64,000 bases of DNA from Raillietiella orientalis (Eukaryota), in contig JAYWIR010000011.1 of assembly GCA_036172245.1 (NCBI GenBank), positions 2,604,001 through 2,668,000 on the forward strand, given 5' to 3'. Below are positions 35,830 to 49,208 of this stretch, piece after piece. The first letter of the stretch is position 1. Every line of letters starts with the position of its first letter. The position numbers and the translations under genes were made by a program. The notes under the pieces were generated by a model. It saw only the letters and a list, made by a program, of their open reading frames with translations. It was not told the origin of the DNA and ran no database searches.

Positions 35830-38440
35830 TGCCCGTTGTTGGAACCCGCTTGAGAATGGACGCCGAGTTGGGCGCGTCGCTTATTTAGAGTCCCATCGCA
35901 CGATGATAATGGCGCTTGGATGGCTCTGGACTTCGGGAACGCGTCGGTAAAGCGCTCGCTCGCGCCCGCGACCGGGAGCTTCGTCGACAAGCAGGAAACC
36001 GAGGAGTCCTGGATCTCCACCCGGGTCTGCTGGGCGTTTCTCTCTTGAAAAACAACAATAAGACAAAGGTGGTGGTGAGACCGTCAGCCCTACCGCGTCT
36101 TGACTATTTCGGACTTGCCGGGAACCCGGTGCGCAGATCGGAGAGGATGCCGACCTCGGCAGCAGAGGGGAAGACGAAATGAAAGTACAAATAAAATAAC
36201 TTTGAGGGGTCACGGGAGGAGTCACTACCTGCTGGAGCCACGTTCCCCTGCATCCTCCCGAGGACACTGGCAAGTTCTCCTTGCGTGCTCTTCAGGCGGG
36301 GCCATCTCGTCGCCCTCTGCAAGAAACGGTAGGGTGAATTGGCGCGACCTGCTCTGGAGTCGTTCCAGGCCACCGCAATCTCGCTCAGGCAGGAAACAGC
36401 CGCCGGGCGTGGAGCTGGCGGCAATGCGTCGCGTGCGAAGAGGGGTTTCCGTGCGTCCTTGAGGTTGTTGCCACGTGGAGGCCAGAGGTTCGTCACCGCA
36501 AGACGTTCCCTCAACGGTCGCAGGGCGACGCAGCCGCCCACAGGTAGTGTGGGAGGGATCCACGTGCCCCTCATCTGCTGCAGTTTGGGTTCATCATCCT
36601 CCCCCCCGGGTCCAGTGATGTCGGCGGGCCCAGTGCAGCAGCAGAAACGCCGGCTCTCCCCCCTCAATTGAGAGGGAGGGAGCGGTCGTTCGAGAGCACC
36701 GGGGACGCTTGAGATCCTCAAGTGACCGAGGGACGAGAATCGCTGGGAGCTCCCAGCAAGTCCCCCCTCCCCCCAGCTCAAAAGTCCTTTCGGTTGCAGC
36801 GTCAGTCAGCCGGCCAACCACCTGGAGCCTCCCATTTTTCCAGCAAGCTGCCACCGAGGTGCTCCCTCAGAGAAGGCAGCGCTGAGGCTAGAGAAGTTCC
36901 TCCCGCCCACGCGCACTCGGTGAGATGCGGGATGGTCTCCTGTTGCGAGCGGCTATGGCAGAAGGAGCGCAGCAATCGCTGCCATGACTCCAGGCTCGAC
37001 TCGTTGGTCTTCCTCCAAGAGCGAACGGCTCTCCTGCAGACAGGCACCACCGCTCGCAAGGCGGAAGAAAGTCCAGGTGCTCTCCCTGGTCAGTGTTGCC
37101 ACTCGCTGGAGCTGAAGCCCGCGACGGTGGAAGAGCAGATCGTGTGACTCGCTCCGACGCCCCCAGGGGGCGAAGCAACGCTTCTCAAGTACTTCGAGAA
37201 TCCTGGAAAAGGCAACTAATGAAGAAGTATGAAAAGAAGGAGAATCGGGAAGAAGTGAAAAGTAGCAGGAGCGAATGCAGATCCCGTTATGCTGCCCGAA
37301 ACCTCTTTGGTCCAGATCTACCCGAGGAACTCAAGGACCCACCGTGCAGAACCAGTGCTTCGAGTAGCATTTCTAACCCCGAGGAAGGTTGCTGTTCCCT
37401 CTACGGTTGCGTGGTAACGTCATGCTTCCGCTTCGAAATGCACCCACGGGGGATTCCAACCAGTGGTCTTGAGGTGCAAGGAAAGCCAGCCGCCATCTCC
37501 CCGAAATGGATGTACATGGGAAAATAGCTCTCCTCTGTGGCCTTCCGGGGAGATTCCCGCCCCTGCACCAGATAAGGACTCGTTTCCTAGTTTCCAGAAG
37601 GCGCAGGTGGTGGGACGAGACGCTCGAGTCATTGCGCGCGGCACCACCAACTCGCCACCAGGATGCACGAGCCTCAATCGACTATCGGAAAGAAGGTGGA
37701 GGTGCACGAACGGTGGGAGACGCTGACCCGCAGCTGCGGGACACTCCGAGTGGCGTCGCCTTTGCTGGCTGACCCCATTCCGAGAGGAGAGAACTGCGTG
37801 TTTCCTCCACACTCGGTAAAGGACTCGCGCTCTCCGCGTGGGGACGACGGCGAACCGGGCGTCCTGGCGTTGGAGGGGAGGAGCGTTGGCCCCAGCTCCG
37901 AAGAGCAGCCCTGGAAGCAAAGTTTTGGAGCACCAGCTGGATCAAGCGGGCAGCCGCCTCGGAGGGACTCACCTCGGTCCTCGCTTGTTGCCGCCGCCGA
38001 AGGCAGCCGCGGGCGATGCGGCTGCCTACTCCGGCAGGCGGTTGCCACGGCGCAGGACCGCGCTCGGATCTCCTGCGCGCCGAAGAACAGCGGTGCCTGG
38101 AAACCGGAAGCAGTTCGGACATGGACGAAAGTTCGTGGCACGAGCCTGGACGCCGCAACGTCTGCGGCATTCCCGTTGCGCCTGCTGCTCGCTGGAGGAG
38201 ACGATGGACCTCCCGGAGAAGACCCTCTTGCTGATCCAGAAAGCCCCTCTTGCTGCGACACTGCCACCCCTGAGGGATTGCACCAGCACGCAAGATAGGG
38301 AACAGTCTGCGAGACAGCAAGGAAAAGGAACGGCGCGTCATCTGGCTGACTCTTCCACCTCTGCCCCCCCCCCCCCCCAAAGGTCGTCTCCGCTGGGCGG
38401 AATCCCCAGCGGGGAAGTGCGGAAAGCTGGAATCCCTATT
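35830..38440 (+). mobile_element. Decayed LINE ORF2 (APE-RT-CCHC)
   Basis: 'CWN', 'RLDYF', 'SHY' (APE); 'VSCCERLWQK...VFLQE' and 'KWMYMG' (RT); 'RCACCSLEETMD' (C-terminal knuckle), in order. Confidence 0.5.
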
Positions 38441-38559
38441 TGAGGGGGAAGTGGAGATCCCCGCGGTGTTCCCGGATAGCTCCCTCCCCCTGAAGGGGTA
38501 GGACTCGCTCCCCCGCACGCCTCCGCCACTGAACCAGGGAAAGTGGACCGCAGGGTGGG

Positions 38560-39099
38560 ATGACGGGCGCAGAGTGGGAAGGAAACTTCTCCCGCACCTG
38601 CTTTTCTAATGCGTCGCCCTCTGGCGTGTGATGGGGGGTTCCACGTTCGACGACGTCTCCAAACTGCCCGGAAGACCACCACCGGGGTCCGAGGGCGACT
38701 TCATCCAGGGATCTCTTCACGCGCAGCGGGATGTCGCCTGCCGCGGCGCCCGCGGTACCATGGAGGCTGGAAGTCCCGACGGCAGATGAGCACCACCTCC
38801 TCGGTCTTCTCACTGCTGGGGATGGTGGCGAGATAGCTGCAGAGAAGGCATATCCTGGAGGAACTTGCCTTGAGAGGGTGCAGAGGCCTCCATGAGACCA
38901 CCTTCCCCCTCCCCTCCCTCCCCCAAACACTTCAATGACTTCTTCGTTTGGTATTTATTTTGTTTGATCCCCTTCCCTTTCCTCTCCCTGCGCGGACCCC
39001 TTCCGGTGACTGCCCTGAGCAGAAGACTCCTCTGGAGCACGTGGAAGTGGTGGCATTGCGCACCTTTGTGAACGACTCTGTCGAGTTTCTCCCAGCGAA
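38560..39099 (+). mobile_element. L1/Tx1-like LINE family 'CARC', 3' end
   Basis: 'PHLLF*C', GGAACTTGCC, T-rich UTR, GGACCCCTTCCGGTG. Ends at GAA|CACCCCGGCGTGACCGGTG. Confidence 0.5.
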
Positions 39100-39399
39100 C
39101 ACCCCGGCGTGACCGGTGCGAATACCCTGTGCGTTCTCCCCGTCCGAGAGGCGAAGTTCCAGAAAGGATGCGAGCGTGAAGAGGTGCAACACGGGAACCC
39201 GGGACTCGAAGAATGTGGGTACGCCTGGAGAGGTGACAATTCGGGGAGAGAGCGCGCGCGAACCAGCTCAGCATGGAGATGACGGCGCTGCCGGACGTCC
39301 AACTATTCCGGGATTCCCGCACGCAGGGCGCGGCGCTCCCCGAATTGCCGAGAGCCGCCACCGGGGCAAGGCCGACTCCAAGACCTGCGCCACGGCGAA

Positions 39400-39900
39400 G
39401 GGCAAGCAGCCGGGCTAGACCCAAGGGAAAAGACCCTCAGAGGCGAGGGGAAGGCTTCAGGGGATGCGGTGTGAAAGTGCACGACTCAGGCCCGAGTTCA
39501 ACAAAGAGCAGCAGCGTCCCCGAACGCCTGCGGCGGATCGTCCCTTTGCAAGCAACGACGGTGGCGCACCTCCGCGCTGCGCTGCTCTTCCCATGGGAGC
39601 ACGACGGCAGTATCCGGCAGGTCAAAGTGGAAGGTTTCAGCAGCGGCCAGCGAACCCGTAGGGCTGATCGGCCCGGGAACTTGCAGGAGCCACAGCACTG
39701 GGTGTTCCTACCCGAAGACTTTTGACCTGAATGCTTGCAGAAGTGGCGACTCGCCGCGCAATGGAGCAGCGACGGCAGGTCACGTCGTGTGACCTCCGTG
39801 CCCTCAGTGACTCCAGGATTACTCCAGAACTCGTCGAACTGCAGAGGAACCAACGTGACGACTCCTGGCGGAGGATCCACAAATTTGACGGGGAAGGCGC
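39400..39900 (+). mobile_element. Decayed LINE ORF1 gag-like zinc knuckle region
   Basis: 'GNLQEPQH', 'CLQK/GDS..AMEQ', 'SNCRGTN...SWRR' resemble three frameshifted CCHC knuckles. Confidence 0.35.
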
Positions 39901-41179
39901 TGGCGGAGTTGCTGCTTGCTTATGAGGTAGGTCATCCTGATAGATCGAGCGGGAGCGGCGACGTTTACCGCTTGGCCCGCAGGACTCGCTCTTCCTCTTC
40001 CCAACGTCTTCCAGAACCGTTGGCTGGTCTTCGAAAGCGCAGCACGCTTCAGGACATCAGGTCCGGTCTGCTGTAGCCGCGGTCACCGACTCGTCACGAT
40101 GCCCTGTGCCTGCAGGAAATGAGGACGTTCCGAAGAGGTCGTTTTCAGTTCGCGCATCCCCCGCGCGTGGTCGGACTCCCGCTGGCGGGGGATCACCCTG
40201 TAGAGGTCGAACCCTGCTAGAGAGGAGGTCGGGCAGGCGCGTCGCTGGCTGGCAGGTGCGGGGCGTGACTCTCTCCTTGTCCACGTACTTCCCTGAGAGA
40301 GGACTCGAGGTTCCTCCTGCATGAGTGACCTTGCGCGACTCAGAGGTGCGTCTCCCTCCACAGGCGCACGCCACAGAAAGTTTGGCCGGCCCGTACGTGG
40401 CTGCCGGTACGAAGGTGCCACCCACCTCTGCGACTTCTGCCGAGCTTCTTCCGAGGTCTACATCCCTTGCATCAGCTGGGAAGTCAGTAGCAGCTTTAAG
40501 CAGCTGCTTGCTGCTGCCAAGCAGGGGCTTCTTCGTCGCCGGGAGGCTGGAGGAACTCAGAGAAGCCCACCCTTCCGGATGCCCACCCTCCTCTGCTCGG
40601 CACTCCCCTCTTGATGACGTCTGCTGGCGTTTGGGAAGACACTCTATTCTTAGTCACTACGGGTTCCTGATAGGGAGCAAGACTTGCTGAGGGTATTCGA
40701 TGTTCAACCATTTCCCTCCCTTCCTGGGGTGTTCCGTCCCACGCATCCTAGTGACCACACGTTACGTCGTCACCCACCGGGTCTGCAAGCACCCTACGGC
40801 GATTACCCGCGCCCATCCACGCAGCACTGCCTCGGCGGCGGAAAGAAGGATCCATTTTCAGCACTTTCCCTCGAGAGCCGCGATTCGTGGGGGCGAGTGA
40901 CACCCGTCGCTCTCGCTTTCCCCGACTCCCTGGAGCAAACCTGATCTGGTATTGTCGTTGGGCATCTGCTTCCGGGGTAGGTTGACTAGAGGCTCCCGGT
41001 TTCCCTGGGTAGTCTTCGTGACCCTTGCAACAGGTTCGTCGCGCCGCTGGGCAATTCACGTTCAAGTCACAAAGCACCTGCGTGCCGTCCCTGGTAATCA
41101 TGCTGCCTACGCGGGTCAAGCCGCTCCTCCGCAAGGACGTACCGGCAGTCGCCGTATTTCGCGTGTCCTCCATTCAGAG

Positions 41180-41622
41180 CGACGCGTGTTGGCGCCACCC
41201 GATGAGAAACTTGGCCATCTCTCGGTTACCCTTCAAGTTGAAGGGGGTACTCTGGGAGGGAAACTCCGAAGGAATCCTCTTCCTTTTTCTCTCCGGAGAG
41301 ACCCCCCGGAAGGGATTCGCTCCTTGTTTGCCCCTCTGAAGAGAACCCTGAAGGGACGCTTCCCAATTTCTCTGGAGGGTGTTCCCTTAAGGGAGCAGCG
41401 CGCTTCTGACATTCTGAAGAGGCAACTCCTCGATGGAGGGTTGCCTTGGGGAGAGAAAAAGACGGAGGGGGGGGGGGGGTATCAACCAGCTCCATAGTGC
41501 GCGGTGGAGGGGGACAGTCTCATCTTCACAACCAGAGAGGAGCCCCAAATTCCTGGAAGGACCCTGAGGGGTCGACTTGCAATCCCGGACACTCAGCAGG
41601 AACGTCCAAGAATTTTCGACTT
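41180..41622 (-). mobile_element. SINE body (3' half; same family as 8026-8779)
   Basis: Reverse complement matches 8200-8715, e.g. GAGTGTCCGGGATTGCAAGTCGACCCCTCAGGGTCCTTCCAGGA, ATGGAGCTGGTTGATACC and GTACCCCCTTCAACTTGAAG. Confidence 0.75.
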
Positions 41623-41627
41623 CTGGT

Positions 41628-41720
41628 TGGCTCCTGGTTTCGGCAAATGGTTTTCGTGTGGGGGAGGATAGGCACGGAGCCTACGACGCTCTCTGCACGC
41701 TGCTGCAGATCCCGAGAGCT
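41628..41720. repeat. Dispersed repeat 'C', copy 1
   Basis: TGGCTCCTGGTTTCGGCAAATGGTTTTCGTG...GCACGGAGCCT...TGCTGCAGATCCCGAGAG; second copy at 43155-43260. Confidence 0.75.
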
Positions 41721-42799
41721 CCTCCAGTCTGGATAGGGACTGCATTTCTCGATTTTCCGAAATCTTCCGACTGCCAGGGGAGCTCGGAATTCCACGGGAA
41801 GGGGGGAGGGAGGGGATTACTAAGCGGGATCCAAGATCTGCACCGCCCCGTGCAGTATCTGATACGTATCTCTATGGAAACCCTGCGATTGCGAGATAAG
41901 ATCTCAGGCAGGATTTCATGGGAAAGAAGCGCGCGTTCATGCTCAGTTTCCGGACCGCTGCAACGTGAGTCGCCCCACCCACCCGCGTTTTTGCGAGCGC
42001 AGCTCCTGGTTGCACTATTCGCCTTCTGCCCCTTACCGGAGGGCTCGAACGGGAAATACTGGAACCGGAGGCGCATCGCAAGACGTGGACGCAGCTCCAG
42101 GACCTCCTACTCTGAGGACGCCCTCCCCTCGAACAGACCATCTCCTTGCTTCTGATGCTGCCCCTCGTGACATTCGGACTGAAACTCTCCCACCCTCCCC
42201 AAACTGCTAGGTGGCCGCCTGACGGACATTCCGGAATTCTTTCCTTCGGAAATGCTCCCTGAGATCCGTCGAGTGACAGTAAAGCCTCGGTTCTCCTTCC
42301 GGCAGGGTAGCCGATGACCACTGGCGAACCCTGCAGTAGAACCTGTCGGTTCCGCGTTCCCTGCGGAGGCCAACGTCCTTCCAAGTGCGGTTCCTCCGGG
42401 AACGCGGTCACGAAGGGATGCAGGACTCGGCATCCTCGCGCGTGAGAGAAGATGGAGCCACGGCTCCAGTTTGTGGCCTTGCCGGTCGAGAACTGCACGC
42501 GGCAGTGGTGCCAGTATCTTCCTCCGCACGGAACCCTGAGGTCGGTTGCGGGGGAACGGAGTCGTTGCTGTCTCGCGACCGAAGACGGACGGAGTCTCTC
42601 GGGTCCTCGCTGGGACAGACCGCTGTTCCGTGGAGAGAACATTCGCCCAGGATTCACGTGCTCCAACGGGGGAGATCAGCGATGCCGCCAAAGCGATTTC
42701 AGGCGACCTTTCGTGGGAGCGGAGGGGCACAGCGTGCGCAGGCCGGAGACCACCCTCGGAGCCGCGCAGTTCCTCCCTTTTGTCCCCCTGCTTTCTGCT

Positions 42800-43140
42800 T
42801 GCCCCTCCCCTCAGCTCGTGAAGAAACGGGACGCAGACCTGAGAAGCGCCTAGTGGGGTAAAGGGAGGTCGCGCGGGGGACCAGCCGGATGACCTGCGGC
42901 CCCGCGTCGGGGTGGCTGTCTCGGCCTCCCGACTGCCGTACCCAAGCTCGAACGGACGGAGAGTCCGCTCCAGCCGAGGGGGCTCCCCCTAGCTGCGGAG
43001 CCGTGGGTGCGTGTTCCTGCACGCCTCTTCGCCCGGGGAGAGGGCAGCCGACTGCGAGGGACCGACGTCACCCCTCATCGTAGGCCTCCTGTGGGCATCA
43101 CCTTAAGCAGGCGGTCGCCTCGGCGGAGGACACCTGGATG
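42800..43140 (-). mobile_element. Diverged SINE body (same family)
   Basis: Patches such as TAAAGGGAGGTCGCGC and CAGCCGAGGGGGCTCCCC match the 41.4-41.5 kb copy. Confidence 0.4.
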
Positions 43141-43154
43141 CCCCGCGAACTTGT

Positions 43155-43260
43155 GGCTCCTGGTTTCGGGAAACGGTTCTCGTGCGGGAGAGGATGGGCA
43201 CGGAGCCTGTAGCACTCCGAGGACGCTCGCTGCGCGTTGCTGCAGATCCTGAGAGTTCTC
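43155..43260. repeat. Dispersed repeat 'C', copy 2
   Basis: TGGCTCCTGGTTTCGGGAAACGGTTCTCGTG...GCACGGAGCCT...TGCTGCAGATCCTGAGAG. Confidence 0.75.
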
Positions 43261-44119
43261 ATGGAGACCACTGAGGTTTCTTCGGGCACCCCCGTTGCCA
43301 CAGCTCTGAGCCCTCCCCGAGGAAGCTCCGGGCAGCGGCACGACGGCAAGGCGGCCACAAAGCTGCGCATAGCAGGGAAAGCGCAGCCCTCTGGTGGGCA
43401 ATTGACACGCGAACCCATGCACTCTGCGGCCCCGAGTGCCCCCATGCGCTCCAGGAGTGAAGGAGAGCTCACTTCCCCATGATTACCTCCCGTTCCCCCC
43501 CTCCCTCGTTCCTCCGACGGCCCTCTGCCACGTGTGAGAGCAGCCACCACCAAAGCGGAGGGAGGGCGCGGCCGTCGCCCACGTGCCAAGAGCAGGGAAG
43601 TGGTCCAGTACGGTGAGGGGTAACATAGGGACGAATATGGGCCGGCTGAACAGATACCGGTCAATGCAGCCCCTTCCTGTTCCTTCCCGGCTCGGACCCT
43701 CGGGAACCACGTTCGCCACAGTGAGGCCGGTCCGTCGCATCCCCTGTTTGTCTGCCTATTCACCGCCTCTCCCTCCGCCTCCTCCCTACTTGCATCGTTT
43801 GTAGTCGGCCTATGTCGGTCACCCTTCTCTGGCCGAAGACATTTCATTTGTTTATGTTCCGCGAGAGACCGGAAATCCGGGATAATGAGGTCTGTGGGTG
43901 CCAAGAGGGAACCTTTGTAGCGCGGCGCAGTTTTACCCGAGGTGCAGCTCCGCGTCTTCTTCTTCCCTGCAGATGACGGAACAGGAAGAACGCTCTAGGA
44001 ATGGGAGAGACGGAGGATGAGCGAATGTCGATCCGGTTCCAGCAGCTACGGCGGCTGCGAAGAAACGACCGGCGATTTCGTCGATCCCTTCCTTTGGCCT
44101 CTAATCTTTTGGCGTCAGC

Positions 44120-44390
44120 TTCCGCAGCATCTTTTCCCCTTTTGTTTCCTCTCTTCTCCCTTTCCTCCTCCTCTCCTGGGAAAGCCAATCGAAAAGATGA
44201 CCACTGCACGGTTGTCTCGCCATTCCCCTTTTCATCCTCCGTCTCTTCCCTTCCTCTTCCTTTTCCTCCCTTTCTCTTGTTCTTCCTGTTCTTACTCCTC
44301 CACTTCCTCCACTTCCTCCCTTTCCTCCTCTTCCTCTTGCTCCTTTCTTTTTCCTCTTTCCCTCTTTCATCTTTCCCGCTCTTCCCTCTG
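44120..44390. repeat. Pyrimidine-rich low-complexity tract (CTT/CCT-like)
   Basis: Long near-pure C/T run read directly. Confidence 0.85.
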
Positions 44391-46899
44391 TGTCCATGTC
44401 CAAGAATGGGGGTGGTGAAGGGGTAGACACCACGACGGTGCAGATTCCCGCTGAAGAGCAAGGAAGAGATAGTGCTCGAGGCACGGTACACGAGCAGAGG
44501 AGCCGAGTAGGGGAGGGGTGGACCTTTTAGTGGGCGCAGACGTGATCAGGAGCCGCTCTCTCCCGGAAAGCACCCAATTCCCTTCCGGCGATGGATGGCG
44601 GGCCAGCTGCTGCTCCGCTACTGCGTGACGCCACTGCTCAGGTGGGACGAACAGACCAATGAGGGAGGGAAAATGGGGGAGGCGAAACCGACGTCCTTCC
44701 GCGAGAGACCTTGTCCGGTGCATCGGGCAGCCATCGATTTTTCTTCATCCGCCCTTCCGGGAGGCGGGTGGGAACCGCCGGGTCCCTCGATCCCCCTCCC
44801 GGAATCGATCCAGGGTACGACAGGAAGCCTCCCACGGGAACGAGTGAATTCCCCAGCGGGGTGCCGGGAACCCTCATTTGTGAGGCGCTGAAGCCCCAAG
44901 CAAACTCAAGGCGCGGGGGGGGGGGACGCATCCTCTTCGCTTGCAGACGACCAGGAGGGCTCGCCCCTTCATATGGCCCACGCGACTCGCCTCTTGCGAA
45001 TTCCCTCCTAGGCGCGAAGGGAGTCTCGAAAGTCGCGTGTCGGGTCCGGCTCTCCGTCACGTCCCCGTCCTGATCTCCCATCTTCCCGCTCGTGCCTCCG
45101 GGAATCCGCCTTCCGGGTCATCCTGCCATCTGGGTCGCGTCTCCCACCCTCCCTCATCCCCGAGCCCCTCGGTGGATTGGACTGAGACCCGCGCAGAGGG
45201 CCCCGACGGATTGCCGGCAGAGAGGGAATCCGTAGGAGGTGCTGCAAGCGAAAAAGGAGGGCGAGGAAGGTTGCGCGGTGGAGAAGGAGGATTTTGGTGG
45301 GGTTCGGGCGGCTTGGCTTGCAGCGCTGGGGTCGACTCCAGATGGTCAGGTCGACCTGTTCCTCCGGCCGTGCGGCGAGACCGTGGGCCGCGGGCATAGG
45401 ATTCCATCAGGGAACGAAGGTGCTTCCGATATGGGCAACCAGGTCCATCCTGCCCCTTCCTCCTCATCCCCTCCCTGAAACACTGATGCCGGGCCGAGGA
45501 CCCCGCTCTTTGGACAGCATTCGTCCCATCGCAGGCGCTCAGAGATCCCCCAATCAAAGGGGAAGGGGGGCGCCGGTCCCTCCTGTCGTCACATCCTTGG
45601 TGAGCTGTGGTGCTCCGGAGAACCACCTCCCTTTCCCGTTCGGAAGCGGGAGATTCCGAACGCCCTGCAGCCCCTGGTTCCTCCGGGCGGAGAAGGGCCG
45701 TCAGGGGCGACGAGCGTGCTGAGATGCAAGCCGCCCCTCGGTCGCCACAGGAGGCGAAGCCAAATTCGCCGGGCCGGCAGCAGCTGCAGGAAGGAAGCTG
45801 CGTTGTCACGCGACGAGCCGCGTCTCTCAGAAAGCTGCCGCTTCTAAATTTGGAGGCGACTTCTTGGCGCGGCAACGATGGCGCCGCACGGCCCTGCGGA
45901 CCACCGTCAAAATAGATCCTTGCGATGCGATGGACGGCGGCGGCGGGGGACTTTCAGGGAGGAGCGAAGCGCGCGCGCTCCCGTCCTGACGAGACAAGTC
46001 TCCCGTCCTCCAGGAGAAGCGCAGTAAACTGGCGGAGGGATCTGGGACACCCGCTCCAGACGAAGGTGAAGAGGGGCGCCGTCGAGCGGGGAGAAGCGAA
46101 AGGCACTCCCTTCGCATCCTGGCGCGCGGGTAGCTCAAGCCGGAGAAAGCAGGGCGAGACACTCCGGCTCCCTCGCGCAGGAGCGCAAGCCGGGAACGGG
46201 AGAGCGGAGGGCGTGCCGCCAGCGAGCGGCCGTGTTCCTCCGGGCGAGCGCGAGCTCCCCGGGGAAAAACTCCCGGACCGGACGTTTGCCGTGGCGCGTC
46301 CTGCGGGTCGGGAACCGAGGAACACGGTAGGGCGGAAGCCGGGAATCCCGTTATCGGACTTCCTGGAGAGACGCATGCGTCTTCGAAGACCAAAACTCCC
46401 TCCCGATGTAGCTGACTGCTTAGGCCCGCCTCCCAATCTGCGGTTCCGGCGGAGATCGCGGCGGATGACACATCCGGAGGAGCAGGACGGATGGCTCTAG
46501 GAGGTGCCTCCCTTATTCGCCAGCGCTGCCGCCCGCGGGGTTTAAAAATAACGCGCTCTCAGTAGACAATCCGTCATTTTCCGCACCGCACGCTGGGGAG
46601 GGCGCCCTGCCCGGCATGATCCCCGCTCCGGGGAACGCTAATTCCGCTGCCGCCGCGGAACCATCGTCGACCTTCCTTCCTCCCACGCGCTTGCGCCGGG
46701 GCGGGTTTCCTCTTTCCCGCAGAGCGCCCTCGCCGTCCGCGACAACGAACTGGCAACACTGCGCACGCCGGAGAACCGCGCGCCCGCTCGTCTGCGGCTT
46801 GAGCGCGTGTGCGCCTCGCCCGGGAAGGCTCCGCCGGCACCCTTTTCGGGGCAGGTCTCCCGTCTGCCGGGGAGGTGCCGCGAGGACGTTCCCGCGCTT

Positions 46900-47950
46900 G
46901 CTGGCGGCGGTTTCCCCTTTTCGCCATTCCTTCAGGGACATCCCCCGAGCTGCGTCCGACCGGACGCGCTCTTCCTTCTCACCAATGTCTCCGTGATGGA
47001 AACCACAGGATCGCATTTTGGAATGTCCTTTCGCCCTTTCAAAGGTCATCCAAGGATTTCCTCTGCCCCCTTCCCTGGAGCGTCCGCGACTGGGTGGAAA
47101 AAGACCACGGCGATCCCATTCACCATTTTTTCGGTCCACCTCTTCATGGCTCTGTCCTTGGGTGATCGCGCTCGCGAGGCCTTATGCTCACCCTTAATTT
47201 TCCCCAATCCGGTAGGCGGCAGAGTGAGTTCGCCAGAACGTAACCTCGTTGCGGGAACCGCGGAAGAGCATGCAAGCAGCGCAGCCGCGAGTGTTCTTTC
47301 CCTTCGCTGCACGGGAGTCACTTTTCAAGGGGGTTCTGCACTAGGAAGTGGGAAGGTTCCCATGCGTCCCTTTCTCCCACTCTTCATCTCCCTCCCACAA
47401 TGCTCCGATGTGTGCAGGTGGGAATGTTTCCATCTTCTTACTGGTTCCGCCACCACTTCCATCTCCGTGCCCGCGCATCTCTGCTTGCGTGGTTTTCGTC
47501 TTACCACGACGCTCGTGGAGGAGGAGGAGGTTGGAATTGCGTCGGAGCCGTTCCCGTCTCGTCGTCGCCTCGAGCGTCTTCAGATCCGGACACGTCGTCG
47601 GGCAGGTGGCAACGTGGCCGAGGCCATCTCCTCTCCTGGACTCCCCGTTCAGTGTTTCGTCCTTGAGCCACACCTCAGGATGCCGCTGTGGTGGTACATG
47701 AGAAGGTCATCCCCGGTGGCCCAGTGGTGGTGGGTCGCTCCTCCAAACTGTTTCCTGCTCCAGCTGGTCGCGATTGCGCGTTTCGAAGCCAGAAGTGACC
47801 AGCATCCCTGGGAAGGGAGTCGCCGCCTTTGGCCGCATCTGAGATTCCCTCGCGGACATCAGCTTTGGTCATCAGCATCCGTGCATTGGACCCTTTATTT
47901 TTTGAAAAATTTCGCGCCCTGCGGGTGGATCTTCCTCACTCACCGTTCCC
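46900..47950 (+). mobile_element. Decayed LINE ORF2 fragments
   Basis: 'RPDALFLLTNVSVMETTGSHF' (APE RID...SDH-like) and 'CFVLEPHL...YMRRSSPV' (RT thumb-like). Confidence 0.35.
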
Positions 47951-48023
47951 GCCCAGACGCACACGTGACGACGGTCGCCACTGGTGACGAGCCGTTCGCC
48001 ACCACGGGCGGTCAAACTGGGTC

Positions 48024-48605
48024 TTTTTTTTTGTTTGGTTCGCTGGGTACTCGAGAACCGTTAACCTAGGCGCTCTTTGACACCGCCCACGGCAGCCAAA
48101 GGTGCGTGGAACTCTTCGAGTCATAGGGGATAACACTGTAGGGACCACCCGGTGAATCCGCGAAGATTCCAGAGGGAGGAGTCCGTCCTTCTCTTACTCT
48201 TGGGAGGAGAATTCCAAAGGGAACCACTTCCCTATTCTCTCCGGAAGGGTCCCTAGAGGGGGACCACTTCTTATCTCTTCTCCGGAGAAAACCCTCAAGG
48301 GGCGGTCCCCTTGCGGGTCCTTGTTTACCCCTCTGAAGAGAACCCTGAAAGGACGCTTTCCCATTTCTCTGAAGAGGAGCTTTCTGAAGGGAGCTGAGTG
48401 CTTTTGAAATTCTGGAGAGGCAACCTCCTCGAGATGAGGTATCAACTATGGTGCTCAGTATAGGAGAGCGGCCCCATCTTCACAACCGGAGGGGAACCCC
48501 GAAGGGATCCACGATTCCTGGAAGGTCGACCCCGGAGGGTCAACTTCCAATCCCGGTCACTCAACAGGAACGTCCGGGGGTTTCCGGCTTCCACCAGTGC
48601 CGTAC
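48024..48605 (-). mobile_element. SINE 3' half with A tail (split copy)
   Basis: Reverse complement ends AACGGTTCTCGAGTACCCAGCGAACCAAACAAAAAAAA, matching 8746-8779 AACGGTTCTTCAGCACTCTGCGAACCAAAAAAAA. Body matches 8190-8730. Confidence 0.75.
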
Positions 48606-49208
48606 GGGGGTGTGTAGACCCAACCAAACTGTGCAAGGTGCAGGGAGCAGGAATCCTTCCAGCACCTCCTAGTGGACTATATTTCCCTCCTCCCCCTTTG
48701 GGGACGCTTTGCCGCAACCCTTGGAACCCCCGGCGGCAACGCCAGAGACGTTTCGAAGCGCCTCTTCCTGCGCGACGGCCTCACGCCGGCCGCATTTCCA
48801 GCAGCACTTTGCTGCCCACGCTGCGGGACCGTGGCTGCTTGGAGCAGCAGTGCCAGAGAAGGCCAGAACTACATGGACGCCATCTATTCTGCTGTCCTCT
48901 TCATGAGGACAGCATAAAGATGACCTCATCTGGGAGTTTGAAACAGGAACTTGCCGGTATCCTTACAAGGATGTAGAAGACGATCTCCAGCACACAGTGA
49001 TCCCTTCCCGAATCCCCCCGATATTTTCGACTGTATTTTTTTCGTTTTATTTTTTCTATTTCAGTTTGTCTCCCCTTCCCCTGTGCTGCCGAGGCGAACC
49101 CCGCTGGCCTGCGTGCCAGTTCCCGTCAGGCTCCTCCTCGTAGTTACAAGTAACGTAGCAGGATCAAACGTCCTGGCACAGACGTGTATGTTTATTTTTA
49201 TAAATAAA
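48606..49208 (+). mobile_element. 5'-truncated L1/Tx1-like 'CARC' LINE nested antisense in the SINE
   Basis: 'NCARCREQESFQHLLVD' (48627-48677), 'KQELAGILTRM', 3'UTR, AATAAA at 49203-49208. Confidence 0.75.
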
